Both the position numbers and the translations under genes were made by a program. Shown piece after piece: positions 45,071-57,839 of a stretch of DNA of 64,000 nucleotides. The notes beneath the pieces are model-generated. The model had not been told where the DNA came from. It ran no database searches and worked only from the letters and a program-made list of their open reading frames with translations. Each line of letters opens with the position of its first letter. Position 1 is the first letter of the stretch. This stretch comes from Podarcis erhardii (lineage: Eukaryota): the NCBI GenBank assembly GCA_964252035.1, contig OZ176202.1, one strand, 5' to 3'.

Positions 45071-48000
45071 TATTTGAGTCCTTTCCTTTTGGACAAAGGA
45101 GCAAATATAAAACAAGGCATGAGAGTAAAAAGACCTAGAAGCTCCTCTGTGGGAAACCCACACGTTTGTATGGTCCTAGCAAGTCATAATTTGGGTTGTT
45201 GGGTTGTTGTGCGAACAAGTAGTCTGTGTTTTGTGGCAGCTACAACCCTCCCTGAACTGTGAGCCAGCTACAGGATAAAAAGGAGAATCATTCTCATGCA
45301 AAAGAAGAAGTGCCATTAGCAGAAAGACTGTTGACTTGTGTTGGGAAAGCAAACAGATGCAAAACCATACTTTGAAATTTCCTTTTCCATAAATGAATCA
45401 TGGCATTATGTTTCTAAGAGTTCTGCCCAGGAATGCAAATTGATTACTAGAGAGACACTGCTCTCCTGTTCCTTTTTCTAACCCTGCTGGAATTCATTCT
45501 CTTATGTGCTGCTGGAAGGAACAGAGCCCATGTCCTCTTTTCCTTTGGGTCACCCTAGCAAGGAAAGTCCATCAGTTATGCAGATGCTGTAGCAGGTGGT
45601 GTCACGTCCCTTGGTCTGAAAAAAGTTGAGATCCCCACCCTCTGTTCCTGCTTCTGTCTTTGACATGTGTGATCCTTTGGATCCTAGTCTATAAAGTGTA
45701 GTTTTCCTTTGTGTATAATAAAGATGTGCTTTTTAAAAATCTGTTTCGAAAATAATGAATTATTTAACAACTGCTGGAGATTAAATGAACTATTTGAGTG
45801 TGTTGTGTTTCTATTTTTAAAGAAGCAGAATTCAATTACTCCACTGGTCAGCTGATCTTGTATAGCGCGTCATGACGTTCTGTTAGAAACAGAGTGTCCT
45901 GTTTCAAATGCAACCCTTTCCAGGCTGGCTGGGAAATTGAAAAATTAGGCCACAAATAGAAAGTTATAAAATGTATTTATGATTTTCTTGGCAGCACTGC
46001 TTGCCTTAGACCTTAATGATTGATTTTCGCATAACGTTAAGAGCAAAATTCATTAAAAGCACAACTAAGACCATGTCCTTAATGTTCTCAGTTTTTGTAT
46101 ATATTGACCTTGCATAATTTTCGTGAGTGAAGTGGCATTTATCAGATGTGACCAAGTACTGTTTACTGTAAAATAGGTGTGGGGGACATTTTTTCAGCTG
46201 GAGGATTCCATTTCCTCATGGGCAACCTTCAGAGGTAGGTGGGGTGCACACAAGTGGTGGGTAGGGTCTAAGGCAAAAACTGAGTGGAACCAGAGGCAAA
46301 AGTGTGCAGAGCAATGGATTTCATTCTTTTGTACATTCTAGCCATGTAAAAGTCGGGAGTTTCTGCACACACCCACAACTGCTCACCCTCTGTTCAGGCA
46401 AAGAAAAAGTCCGAGGACAGATTCCAGCCAGATAAAAGCAGCCAGGAAGAGTATGGGACATGGGCATTGTGGGGTGTGGCTTGGGGCCCAGGAACTGGCT
46501 AGATGGCTGTATTTGACCCTCAAGCCAGAGGCTGACCTTGATATAAGAGGCACACATCACCTTGGTCCTGAAAGACCTCCAACCTAGCCCCTTCTTTATT
46601 AGGTTCATCCTGCCCGGTTCTCCCTGCAGCAGTCCAGGAATTGTGAAGGAACAGAATCCCATGATTAATCTACTCCATCTTTAACATGGTAGAGCGGACT
46701 CAACATATTTAAACATAACATAAAGTGAAGATTCAACATTTCTTCCATTTCTGCAACTGATATTGCACATCATAGTTAACCAAAACTGCTTTCCTCTTTC
46801 CCACACTGGCACATTTTCATGGTTAACGTTCATGAAGTGTGAATATTGCCAACCAATATTTGGCATTCCTAGTTCGTTCCTCCAATCCTATAAAGGCTCT
46901 TGTAACTCAGCCAAGCTTATGTACCCCAACATGTTTTCCCGCCTTGTTCAGATATTTACCCAACGTCAGCCTATGCTGAACTTATGTCGAGTCTTAAGTA
47001 AAGAACATGGTTGGCTCCAGATATGATGGCAAGATTAGACATTGGCTGGGAACACGAGCCTGGCATTCATGCTTTCTACAGAACGTACAAACAGGTCGGA
47101 AGCAGCAAGAGAGGCTAAATAAACTAAGAGTGAGTTGATTTTGTCCTTAGGCTGTCAATTTCACAAGTATCATTTCTGTCTACTTTTAAATATAAATTCA
47201 AAATCAGGGAAACACAGGGGGAATCTTACTGAAAAGAAAAAGCAACATGCAAAATGAAAATTGCCTAGTATGGGGTCACTTTTTTGTATGGGCAGTGGCA
47301 GCAGGGAGAAAGCACAGTACAAGGGCAAGCGAGAGCTGAAAAGAAGTGTCATGGCCGGGAGATCTGTGGCGTGATCTCCCAGAGTCTTTTTTTAATAATC
47401 AAAAGCAGCTACATGGTCCTCCAAATTGGATTGGGGCCAGTCTTTTTCTGGGATGGGAGGTTTTAGTTGACTTTCCCCATCACACCAATTTCATGACTTT
47501 AAACTTAATGAATTGCTATTATTCGGGGGGGGGGGAGACAGCTGCAATGTGGGTATTGGGTACCATTGCTCTGCCCACTCTCGGCAGCTAATATAAACTG
47601 TGGGAAAGAGTTTAACCTTTCATTCCCCGGAGCCTTGCCCCTAGTGCATTCTGGAAGACAAAGAAAAATACATTGTGAGATCTTGTTGCAGATTTCTTTG
47701 CATCACATGTAGCTTGGTCCAGTTTGGCCAGCATGCAGAATAACAACATGACATAAGTGTGGGTGCACAAGGTTTAACTATCCATCTCCATACATTTTTG
47801 TAGCTTGTTTTGTTTTAGAAGGGGCGTTTATGATTCCTCAATGCAGCAGAGCTTCATCCATGATTTCCCCAATTCCCATGTGTATTCAGTCTAGTCGGCA
47901 CATACAATCTCTCCTTAAATAAAGTTCAACTTGGAACTGTCTCATGGTATACATTCAGTGTTGAAAAGGACTAAAACCTGGACATTTCTAACCTTATCTC

Positions 48001-48431
48001 AAAGCCACCCATCCTTGTTGCTTTGAGATGCCTTTTTCCCTCCTGTTAACTGTCGATGCAGCAGTGAATGAGTCATTGAGGGATATTCTTGGATTCCATT
48101 ATCTGGAAGCTGATTACATCATTGCCTCATTGCTGTGGGTCTGAAATACTAATTCTTTTTGTCAGTCAAACTATCCCTTTTGCTTTCTCTCATATCTTCT
48201 CATAAGCAGCATTAGGAAGAGTGATTTTCATTGCTAAATCTGTGTCCTCCTAGCTGGCAGATTCTCTTTTCTGCAGGGTGGGGTGAAGATGGGCTTTCTT
48301 TCTTTTTTTGCCACAGATTTTAGCTTGTTATTTCAAGAGCATTTGTGCATTAAGGAACTTGGAATTTGAACACACACATGGTGTTAAGATCTTCTCATGT
48401 CATTTCATATTGATAAAGGTGGGAGTATGGA

Positions 48432-48475
<44 letters not shown>

Positions 48476-48560
48476 CACGCTTTAGCAAGAGACCACAGGG
48501 TGATTTACAACACAAAACAGAAAATACGTACTATAATAATACTATTGTTTATAGGGGGGA
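48432..48560 (-). repeat. (AAT)14 microsatellite, probably the tail of a decayed L2/SINE
   Basis: The repeat abuts ccacgctttagc...cagggtgatttacaac, which resembles an L2-type 3' end. Confidence 0.6.
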
Positions 48561-48749
48561 GGTTGTTGGGGTTTTTGTTGTTGCTGTTACTGATATTAAT
48601 TTTGTGTTACATTATTTTTGGATCTTATGATTAATGCTGAAACTTCAATTTGATTGTGATCTTTTTTGATGTGTTCTATTTATTGTTTAAGACTACTTTT
48701 GTAATTATGTAAATATTTTCATGTTGTAAGCCCCCTTGAGCCTGGTTTT

Positions 48750-49110
48750 AAGGCAACATACAATGATAATGGTAATGATGAAAGGCTGTAGATGGAATTA
48801 ACAGCTGAAAGCTGAAGGCCTGGTTGAAGAGGAATGCTTTTGCCTGGTGCCTGAAGAGAAGGAAGGAAGGTGTCAGGCGAGCCTCCCTGGGGAGAGCATT
48901 CCACAAATAGGGAGCCACCACAGAAAAGACCTGTTCTTGTGTTGCCACCTTCCAGACCTCTCATGGAAGGGGCACACAAATAAGATGATTGCAGGGTTCT
49001 GGCTGGTTCATGCTGGAAGAGGCGGTCCTATAGGTATTGTAGTCCTGAGCCACATAAGGCTTTATAGGCCAAATCAGCACTTTGAATTGGGGCTGGAAAC
49101 CAATTGGCAG
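48750..49110 (-). mobile_element. Older L2 3' fragment
   Basis: Translates to FSVVAPYLWNALPREAR...FRHQAKAFLF, homologous to the C-terminus of the 36-kb L2 ORF. Confidence 0.75.
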
Positions 49111-49457
49111 CAAAGCTTTATTATTGCTTTACTGCAGCACTAAGCACCTGTTCCCATTTGAGACTAAATTAGCATCAACGGATGTTAACCAGAGGTTTCA
49201 GCATGACTCTTGAGAGGCATTATGATGGCCTCCCTGCTAAAGCAATGACTTCTAGCTAGATGATTTGGAAACTCAGACATAGGAAAAGGGTAAAGACTTC
49301 CGGTTCAAGAGTGAGTGGTTTATCCTTTTGTGATCCATACACTTATTTGTATTTATTTGAAAGATTAAAGTTTGTTTCTTACCAAGCTATAGGTTAGACA
49401 AGAAGCTGAGGACACCTCCCACCCCACCCCAAATCCTGGGAACTAGTTTAGCCCTTA

Positions 49458-49819
49458 AAGGTAAAGGTACCCCTGCCCGTACAGGCCAGTCGTGTCTGAC
49501 TCTAGGGTTGTGCATCCATCTCACTTAAGAGGCCGGGAGCCAGCGCTGTCCGGAGACACTTCCGGGTCACGTGGCCAGTGTGACGAAGCTGCTCTGGCGA
49601 GCCTGCACCAGCGCAGCACACGGAAATGCCGTTTACCTTCCCGCTATAAAGCGGTACCTATTTATCTACTTGCACTTAAGGGTGCTTTCGAACTGCTAGG
49701 TGGGCAGGAGCTGGGACCGAACGATGGGAGCTCACCCCGCCGCGGGGATTCGAACCGCCGACCATGCGATCGGCAAGTCCTAGGCGCTGAGGTTTTACCC
49801 ACAGCGCCACCCGCGTCCC
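49458..49819 (-). mobile_element. Sauria SINE (second subfamily), full length and CpG-rich
   Basis: 10-bp TSD ttagccctta (49448-49457, 49820-49829). Confidence 0.93.
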
Positions 49820-50689
49820 TTAGCCCTTACAGAGCTGCAATTCCTAGCGCCCTTCATGATCAACAGTTCTTGGGATGGATGTGCTTTAAATGTGCTTTAA
49901 ATGTGCTGTAGTGTGGATGGAGCCTGAGACCATACAGGATCAACTTTTTCCTTGCTGTTTCCTGGCATAGTCTCTCTCTTCCTCTTTTCCTTTTAGTTTC
50001 CTTTTTTTGGGGGGGGTAGCAGGTAGCAGAATTCATCTTACTTGAGAGAGATAGAGGCAAGTCTGCTGTTTTGTCATAACAGAAAGGCTAGATGCAAGTA
50101 AGACAAGGTCCCCCTCCCCTCATTACATCATTTGCTGTTGCAATGGCTGTGGTGGACAGCCATCCAAATACTGAGAGACCTCAAACAGTTTTTAAAGAGA
50201 TGCTGTTCTGCCGAGTTAGTATAATCCACAATAAGCAAGATTGAAAGGATGGTAAAGGATCCAGTCAGCAAAAGAGAAGACAGGACCTCTAAATCACTGT
50301 ATGGAATGAAAAAGATTCTAGTGATGCCTCAATGAAAATTATTAGTACAATAATCTGGGGTGAGTTGCCGAAGAGTATAAAATCAGGCTTTGAGACATTA
50401 GCCATTACAGTAGTAAAGTGGGAATACTGAGATAATTCTGTTAATTAATTAGCTTCTACCTCTCTACAAGTCTTGGGGAGTGTTGCTAGAGAGTTTTTCA
50501 TGTGTTAAATGTGCGATGAAGGTTTAATTATATATGTTTACAAGACATATTATAGTATATAAATGTCCCGCCTCACTTGTTCCAAGGGATATTTATGATA
50601 TTTAAGTACCAATGGTCCCCTCTCCTGGTCCGCCGCCTCTGCCACACACTCTTCAGAGCCCTATCAGTCCCTGACACTGCCTTAAACTG

Positions 50690-50832
50690 AATCAGACCGT
50701 TGTTTCTTTTAGCTGAGTTTTGTCTGCATTTACTGGCAGCAGTTCTCCAGGGTTCAGGCAGGAGACAGATGCCAGGGATTTGAACCCAGGACCTTCTGCA
50801 CGAAAAGCAGATGCTCTACCCCTGAGCTGTGG
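50690..50832 (-). mobile_element. tRNA-derived SINE 5' fragment
   Basis: Minus strand reads gctcaggggtagagcatctgc...ggtcctgggttcaaatccc, i.e. A-box and B-box-like motifs. Confidence 0.55.
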
Positions 50833-51029
50833 CATTTCTTTCATAAAGCTTCTTTGTGTTTCCCATGGCAAAATGAGCAACCCATTTTGTCAAGTGTTGT
50901 GTGGACAGAAAAGAAAAGTGTACCAATCTCTTCATTATTTTATCTGCCCTGATAATTAAAACATAGTTACCGGTATATCTGTAAATAAATTTAGGACAAA
51001 AAACAACAACCAACCACCTCCCTCTCACA

Positions 51030-51275
51030 TGTTTTTAGATATGTTGTTATGTTTTTAGAGTGGCTGGGGAAACCCAACCAGATGGACAGGGTATAAGTGA
51101 TAGAATTATTCAACTATCTGACTTTTAGAAGACATCTGAAGGCAGCCCTATTTAGGGAAGTTTTTAAGGAATGATGTTTTTATTATGTTTTTGGAGATGT
51201 TGTTAAGCCGCCCAGAGTGGCTGGGGAAACCCAGCCAGATGGGTGGGGTGTAAATAATTAAAGTATTGTTATTAT
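51030..51275 (+). mobile_element. Two tandem L2-type 3' ends
   Basis: gagtggctggggaaaccca(a/g)ccagatgg occurs at ~51058 and ~51215. The second is preceded by ttttagaagacatctgaaggcagccctattt, i.e. the end of an L2 ORF. Confidence 0.7.
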
Positions 51276-51956
51276 CACAGCAAAATAGCCATAAAACCTG
51301 CATATTATTGGGGATACTTTTGCTCTTTGGGTGCCGTTCCCAAAGAATAATCTCTGGCAACAGATCCTGAGAGTGCAGTGCTGATTGAGATCACGAGCGA
51401 GTCAGTTTTACGATATTCTTAACAATCACGAGACTCCTGCTGGAAGACATTTAGACATAGATAATGGATTGATACCTACACACGCCGGAGGTTGTACTCT
51501 GTGAAAGTGAGTACACCAGTAAGGGAGGAGGTGCCGTGTTGCTGTCCATTAATGGAAAGGCTGTGGAGGGAAAGCAGGCTTACAAATGAACATCCTGGAG
51601 CGACAAGAGAAGGCAGGATGGTTACCGAGCAGCGCATCCTCTCCCCTCAGGTTTCATGCATTCGCTGCGGTGTGGAGTTAGAAATATAGTGCCATTTACG
51701 CACTGTAACTACTGATATTCCTGTTAAACAAATGGACGGCAGAAGGATGTTCCGAAAGTATATCTTTCTCCAATCCTCTGTGTTGCATGTAGGAATCCAA
51801 CCATTCTAGCTTTTTCAGTCTTCCAGGTATTGTTTGCCACTCCTCCTGCTGCTTTTCAAATAATTTTTAAAGGAGTAATTGCTGCTGTTTTGTTTTCCAT
51901 GATGTGATTGAGAGTATGTTTTGTGTCTCTTCCCCTCTCCCTCCCCCTTTACACAG

Positions 51957-52101
51957 ATGCAGAAGATGGCATAGCAACGGATCCAATCTTCCACCAAACT
52001 GGGGTCCCTCTGTGCACTGCAGTTGGACTGATGTGAAGCTTTTGTTTTGGGCTGGAGGAGCTTGCCCACAGCTTGTCCTGAAATCCTTTCTCTCCTAATT
52101 C
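51957..52101 (+). other. ANKRD6: 5'UTR portion of the first coding exon of ANKRD6
   Basis: Long pyrimidine tract and acceptor cccccttt-acacag ending at 51956. 145 nt precede the ATG. Confidence 0.8.
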
Positions 52102-52221
52102 ATGAGCCAGCAGGATGTGGTCGCCGTGCTTTCAGAACGCCTTCTCATAGCTGCATACAAAGGGCAACTGGATAATGTTGTGCAGCTTATCAACAAGGGT
52201 GCCAAGGTAGCCGTTACCAAG
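52102..52221 (+). CDS. ANKRD6: ANKRD6 first coding exon (MSQQDVVAVLSERLLIAAYKGQLDNVVQLINKGAKVAVTK)
   Basis: Recognised as the ANKRD6/diversin N-terminus (first ankyrin repeat). 120 nt, donor AAG/GTAACA. Confidence 0.95.
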
Positions 52222-55200
52222 GTAACAAGAGAAAAACTCCTTACAAATTCATGGAGAACTAACCTCACTCCCAAACCATTCATTCTTTCTGATAAATGTT
52301 CTTTTGGCTTTGAAAATCTAATTGTTCGAGGAAGTGGTGCGGACAAAAGTATTTGATTTCCCCACCCCCACCCCAACTTGGGCCAGTTGCATTTAAATGA
52401 GACACCATTTAGATGTGAAATAATTTTCCTTCTTTTTCTGCTGTTCTTCCTTCTCCAAGGGAAAGAAGCCTAGAGCATCATAAATGTGCAGAGTTGAACA
52501 GTGAATCCACTTCTATATTTTCCTCAAAAGTGCACATTGCATTTTGCAGTTGCAAAATTATTGGTTTTAGGGGGAGGGAAATCAAAATGAAGTTATCTTG
52601 GGCTGCCTGGAAAAAACAGCACCACCTCTGCTTTAAAAGGGAGGAGAGCATCCTGTTTGTCTTGGGGAATGTTACTCCAGCTGTAAATAATATATTTTAG
52701 GGAAGAGGACTATGAGTAAAATTTTCATCCCCTAATGGCTGGGAACATAGTAAATGCTTCTAGTATACTGTGTAATCCTACTGATTTTTCAGAATTAAGG
52801 TTTGGAAGGGGTGGGTGATATACAGGGTTTGAAAACTTTGATCTAGCATTTTTGAATCCAGCTTCCAAATTTCACCAAAATCTTGTTCGAAACAAAAGTG
52901 TTTTCCAACCATATATGTTTACAAATGGTAAAATGACAAAAATATACATTTCTTCACATGGAAGGAGGGTAGGAGTCTTTGTATTTTATGTTGTCCTAGC
53001 CTGGAGCCAAGAAGTTGGGAATAGGGTGCTTCTCCTGTGTTGCTTTTATTCCATTCTTCCAGAGGCCAGCGGTTTAAACGCATGCTGCTGTTCAACATGA
53101 GTGGAATGAAAGTTGCAGGTCTTTAATGGTAGGTGTGGCCACAAGGACTCTTCCCCCAGAGAGTGGTCATTTGGGTCAAGGATGGCACCAGAGATACTTG
53201 AAGGGGGTGGTGGTGACCAGGAGGTGGAGGTGGCCTTTCTCAGGTGCCTCCCATATACTAAAAATGTATATGGGGCAGCCAATTTGCACAACATTCCAGG
53301 CTTCTTGGCAACTGGCCTCACCTCTCTCACCCCTCACCTCACTTTCCTAACACATAGGTAGGATGGAGATTTGTTTCACCTGGGAAGCACCAAGAACTTC
53401 AATATGTCTTCTAGTCCTAACATGGAGCTAAGATTCCAGTTGCTCTCCTAGGGAGGAATGTACTTCTCCAGGAATTACTGGATTTCAGTCTGTGCTACCA
53501 CCCTATAGACAGTGTGTATTCCTGAACCCTGGAAAAGGTTGTGGGGATGGACCCCCCAGGTTGCTGACAGTCTGTTCACCAGTCTGTGACTTGAAGGTGC
53601 CCCAAACAGCTGAGCATCATTCTGGTGGAATAGAGGGCTATTCATCTGGAACTACTAGCCTATCAAATATAAGTAGCTGGGCAGTGAGTCCTTAGAAGAA
53701 TGGACCGTGCACCTGCCAGTTCCACATAAATAGCAAGGAAGACAAGTGCACTTGTCAAATCTTGGAGGAGGCCTCTGCACTCCTAGAATGGTTGGAGTTT
53801 TGTGCAATTCCCGGTGAGAGTTGATTGTGATGGTTCTTGCGGGCACAAGACAAATTGAACAGAAAAAATGTCATGAGCATGCAGAAAGAACCTCATGGGT
53901 GAGACTGAAGCATGCATTTAGTTTTCCCATTGAAATAGATGGGATATTGTAATTCTTAACTTTGAGTGAGTTATGCCTTAAATTTTAGACTTGCTTCAGA
54001 GGTGACATAATTTTAGAAAGCTTTGAGCTATAAATTTGGTAGCTACATAGGTGTAGTGCAGCCATTCTCCCAATTCCCATTTGGGACAGGGTTTCACCTA
54101 TCTTTATAGGAATGCCCAAAGGAAAATTACAGACACATATTCTACTGTAGATGCAGCTGCACTTGCTTATAGCAGGAATATACATTACCTTAGTATTGGA
54201 ATGTGAGGTCCCACTCCTGCAATAGTTCTGCACTTCTAAACAGGGAGAATATCAATGCGGTGTGGAAGAATCTCTTTCAGTGGAATCGGGTTAGGATAAA
54301 TATAAAGCGCTGTGTGCAAGCCCTAAAAATCTGTGCTAGGCACAAGTGTAGCTCGGTTCAGTTCTAATGTCTTTCCCTAACTGAACCACTCTTTTATATT
54401 CATTCATTTGGGTAGGAGCTCAGGCCCTTTGCAGTAAGCCTAAGCTTGCTTCCCCAGTAGTATTTCCTTCTTCAGTTCCAAGGCGGCTCCTTTCACCCTA
54501 TTCTTCCAGAACATTGGAAGCATCGTCTGACATGTTATCTTGGAAGCTTGCAGGTGAAAAAAATGTTTTGAGATTATTTCACTGACAGGCTGCTAATGTT
54601 CATTTTCAACCCACACTAATTTTAAGGGCTGGAGACAGCTCAGAGTTCAGAAATGACAGGGTCCAATCTTAATGGGTAAGATAAATCCTGTAAAAGAAAT
54701 GTCTCCCATCTGAAGCAATGAATAGGTTTACAATGTATTGCAGTGCCTGAAAGTGCCAATTTTTTGTGCCACTGGTAGCTCAGTGCAGAAAGGTAGAGGG
54801 GAAGAGTGGGTACATGGGAGGGACTCTGAGGGTGGAGTCATCAAATGCACCTCTGTCCCCCTCTTCACTTTGAGCCCTCACACATTATTTCTGACCATCC
54901 GTAGAGGGTGAATGTTCATGAGGGCATATGACTTCCAATATTTGAACAGATTTTAGAATAAACTCCTTATCTTCTTGTTTTAAAAAAAGCACACTGGCTA
55001 AAGATAATGAAAATAAACGCCTGAGGAAACACTGGAACAGTTATGGAGGTATTCAAATCATTCTGAATTCAGGCTAGTACACACAGAACTCTTTAAACAG
55101 AAAGGAAGAAAACAGTGTTTTTGAATTCTTGTTTACTTGAAGCAGCAACACATGAATTAACGTGGTCTTTCACGGTCTAATAATATAGTTGTCTCAGCTT

Positions 55201-55466
55201 GCTGGAATTGAAAGAGGTTCCTGTTTTCCTTTTTCTTGACTGAAGGCCAATATATCTGGACAAGTTCTGTTTAATAAAAAGACAACTCAAGTATACAAAG
55301 TCCAGTAACAATTTTTTTAAAAAATGCCTGCAAGTTCAGACATATACCTAAACATGCTCTTAACACTGTCGTTGTTGGAACTATTCCTGAATTAGGGCCA
55401 GTCTACACATTGCAGTGGTCATATAGTGTCTGCTTACTAGCCTTCTCGTGGTGGCTATTCCATGTA

Positions 55467-55953
55467 CAGTGGTACCTTGGGTTACATACGCTTCAGGTTA
55501 TATACGCTTCAGGTTACAGACTCTGCTAACCCAGAAATAGTGCTTCAGGTTAAGAACTTTGCTTCAGGATGAGAACAGAAATCGTGCTCCGGCAGCGCGG
55601 CATTAGCTAAAGTGGTGCTTCAGGTTAAGAACAGTTTCAGGTTAAGTACGGACCTCCGGAACGAATTAAGTACCGTATTTTTTGCTCTATAAGACTCACT
55701 TTTTCCCTCCTAAAAAGTAAGGGGAAATGTGTGTGCGTCTTATGGAGCGAATGCAGGCTGCACAGCTATCCCAGAAGCCAGAAAAGCAAGAGGGATTGCT
55801 GCTTTCACTGCACAGCGATCCCCCTTGCTGCTCTGGCTTCTGAGATTCAGAATATTTTTTTTCTTGTTTTCCTCCTCCAAAAACTAGGTGCGTCTTGTGG
55901 TCTGGTGCGTCTTATAGAGCGAAAAATACGGTACTTAACCCGAGGTACCACTG
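55467..55953. mobile_element. Tigger-like MITE, family B, carrying a nested insertion
   Basis: TIRs at 55467 and 55953, TA TSD. The sequence is colinear with the 25679 copy apart from the insert. Confidence 0.92.
55673..55931. mobile_element. Tc1/mariner-type MITE, family D, nested
   Basis: 23-bp TIR ccgtatttt(t/c)gctctataagac with 1 mismatch, TA duplicated at 55671-55672 and 55932-55933. Confidence 0.92.
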
Positions 55954-57180
55954 TATTACTGTAACACAGAGATGGGCTCAGCATGTGCTGCAGAGCTTTC
56001 CAAACTGTGTGTCGGGCAAAGGCTCCCTGCACTCCTCCCGGGGCTGGAAAGGGGTTAGTTTAACCTCCAGTTTGCTAGCAAAACTGAATTCCTGTGTCAT
56101 GAAATGATGCATGTCTAAAAAGTGGGTCACCAACATGAAAAGTTTGGAAAGCTGTGATGTACTGTATTAGAAAACATTCCTTATTTCTTCAGCACTGGTT
56201 GATACACGCTGCTACCTCATCGCATAGGTTGTTTCCGTGCCAATGTTTAGGGGCAATTGTTTGGGTGGAGATGCTCCATGTCTTGAAGGAATAGGACATG
56301 TTTATAGAGGCAGAGGTAGAAATAACTGAACTGAAAGAGAAACACCGAACTGACCTCTGTATCTCAGAAGCTCTCTGTAATGCATCCTTAATGGGCCACC
56401 AAGCACCCCCACCATGTTCTTTAAGACACAAGGAGGAAATGTTTTCCACAAATGTGTTAAGTGATATGCATGTTTCGGCAAAGTGTTGGCTGGCGATTGG
56501 AAGTGTGTGCTTTGGCAGGGGCGTAGAGGAGAAGTAAATGCCATGGAAAAGAAGTTTAAAAAGGACATGCAGAAGGGGTGTTGTTGCATATATCAAATCA
56601 ACTGTGTAAAAATGTATGGGGGGGGGTTTCCACCTTATTGAAAAATTACCATCCCAATATGTGGAAATTTACCCGGAGGCAAAGGATCTTCAGTCTCATA
56701 AGACACAACACCAAGTAAGCAAAACCAAAATCATACAGCATTCCTAGAATATGTATGAACTTGCTTGGCCTTAGACCTTTCAAGGAAGTAAATCCAATTA
56801 TTCCAGTTATGTAGATTATTCTTTTGTCTTTCTTTTGTTTCTACCTGTTAAGTCCACCACTTTCGTTCCATCTGCCTGCTATAAACAATTTTCTTTTTCT
56901 TAAAGTGTTTCTGTCACCTAGATAAGACCTCTCTATCTGGTCCCTTGGCTAGTGGCAGAGTATAAATCTCTTTCTAGGCCCTACAGGCAGACAACACCAT
57001 GTTTTTTACTTCCTTTTCTCCAACAGCCCCACCTCCTTATTACAGATTGCCACTTCACACCCAGCCACCCTGCAAACTTCAGAATTCACATTTCCGCTAT
57101 CCATTTGGAAGGGTTTTTTTAAAAAACATTTTTTTGAAAAGTACCTTCTGTCACAGGTCTTTCTTCCCTAAAAATCCTAA

Positions 57181-57395
57181 GGGCTCATCCACACTTCCTG
57201 CTTGTCCTGTGCTTAGAACCCATGGGTCTGAGCGATTTTCTGCTTGTCCTGCTGCTTTCCCCTGGGGAAACTCTCTCTTTGCCACTGAATTGGAGCAAAG
57301 TGGAAAATGCAATTGACATTTGCTCTGATTCAGTGGTAAAGAGTGGGATTTCCCAGGGGAAAGCTGTGGGACAAGTGGAAAGCAGGATCGAGCCC
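57181..57395. mobile_element. PIF/Harbinger-like palindromic MITE
   Basis: GGGCTC...GAGCCC termini flanked by TAA on both sides. Long imperfect internal inverted repeat. Confidence 0.7.
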
Positions 57396-57839
57396 TAACA
57401 TTTTCAATTTTCAGATTGTGCTTGTGAAAATTCCATGTCAGACAGGCATATCTGTGATGCCACATCAGAATCCAGCAAAACAGAGTTTTGTTAGTTGGGT
57501 TGGAAGTAAGCTTCGAAGTATAAACCATGTTCACTTGCCATGTGCTGACTTGTTGCCAAATGTTAGCGCTGTGCCAGCTCTGGTAACATATGCCTCCCAC
57601 AATCAAGTGTGGAAGCACTATTGGGGAATTACTATTACTGACTATGATGTACTCTGGCATGTCAAGTTCATATGGTCATAGAAAACCCTGCTGCATCCAC
57701 TGTTTGTGGACCCACACCATATGAAGGAAGGGTTGCCACATGTCCTCTTTTTCCAGGACATGTTCTCTTTTTCATGGGTATGTAAAATGAGAGTCGTCAT
57801 AACAATCCATAGTTAAAAGTAGAAGTCAGCAAATGTGTC

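Noticed and set aside
48397-48630. Poly-Ile/poly-Leu ORFs here and at 62047-62426
   Set aside because: Translations of (AAT)n microsatellites.
52222-52356. Read-through extension of ANKRD6 coding exon 1 (84-aa ORF in the track)
   Set aside because: A good donor at 52222 and no nearby poly(A) signal; the extension is intronic.
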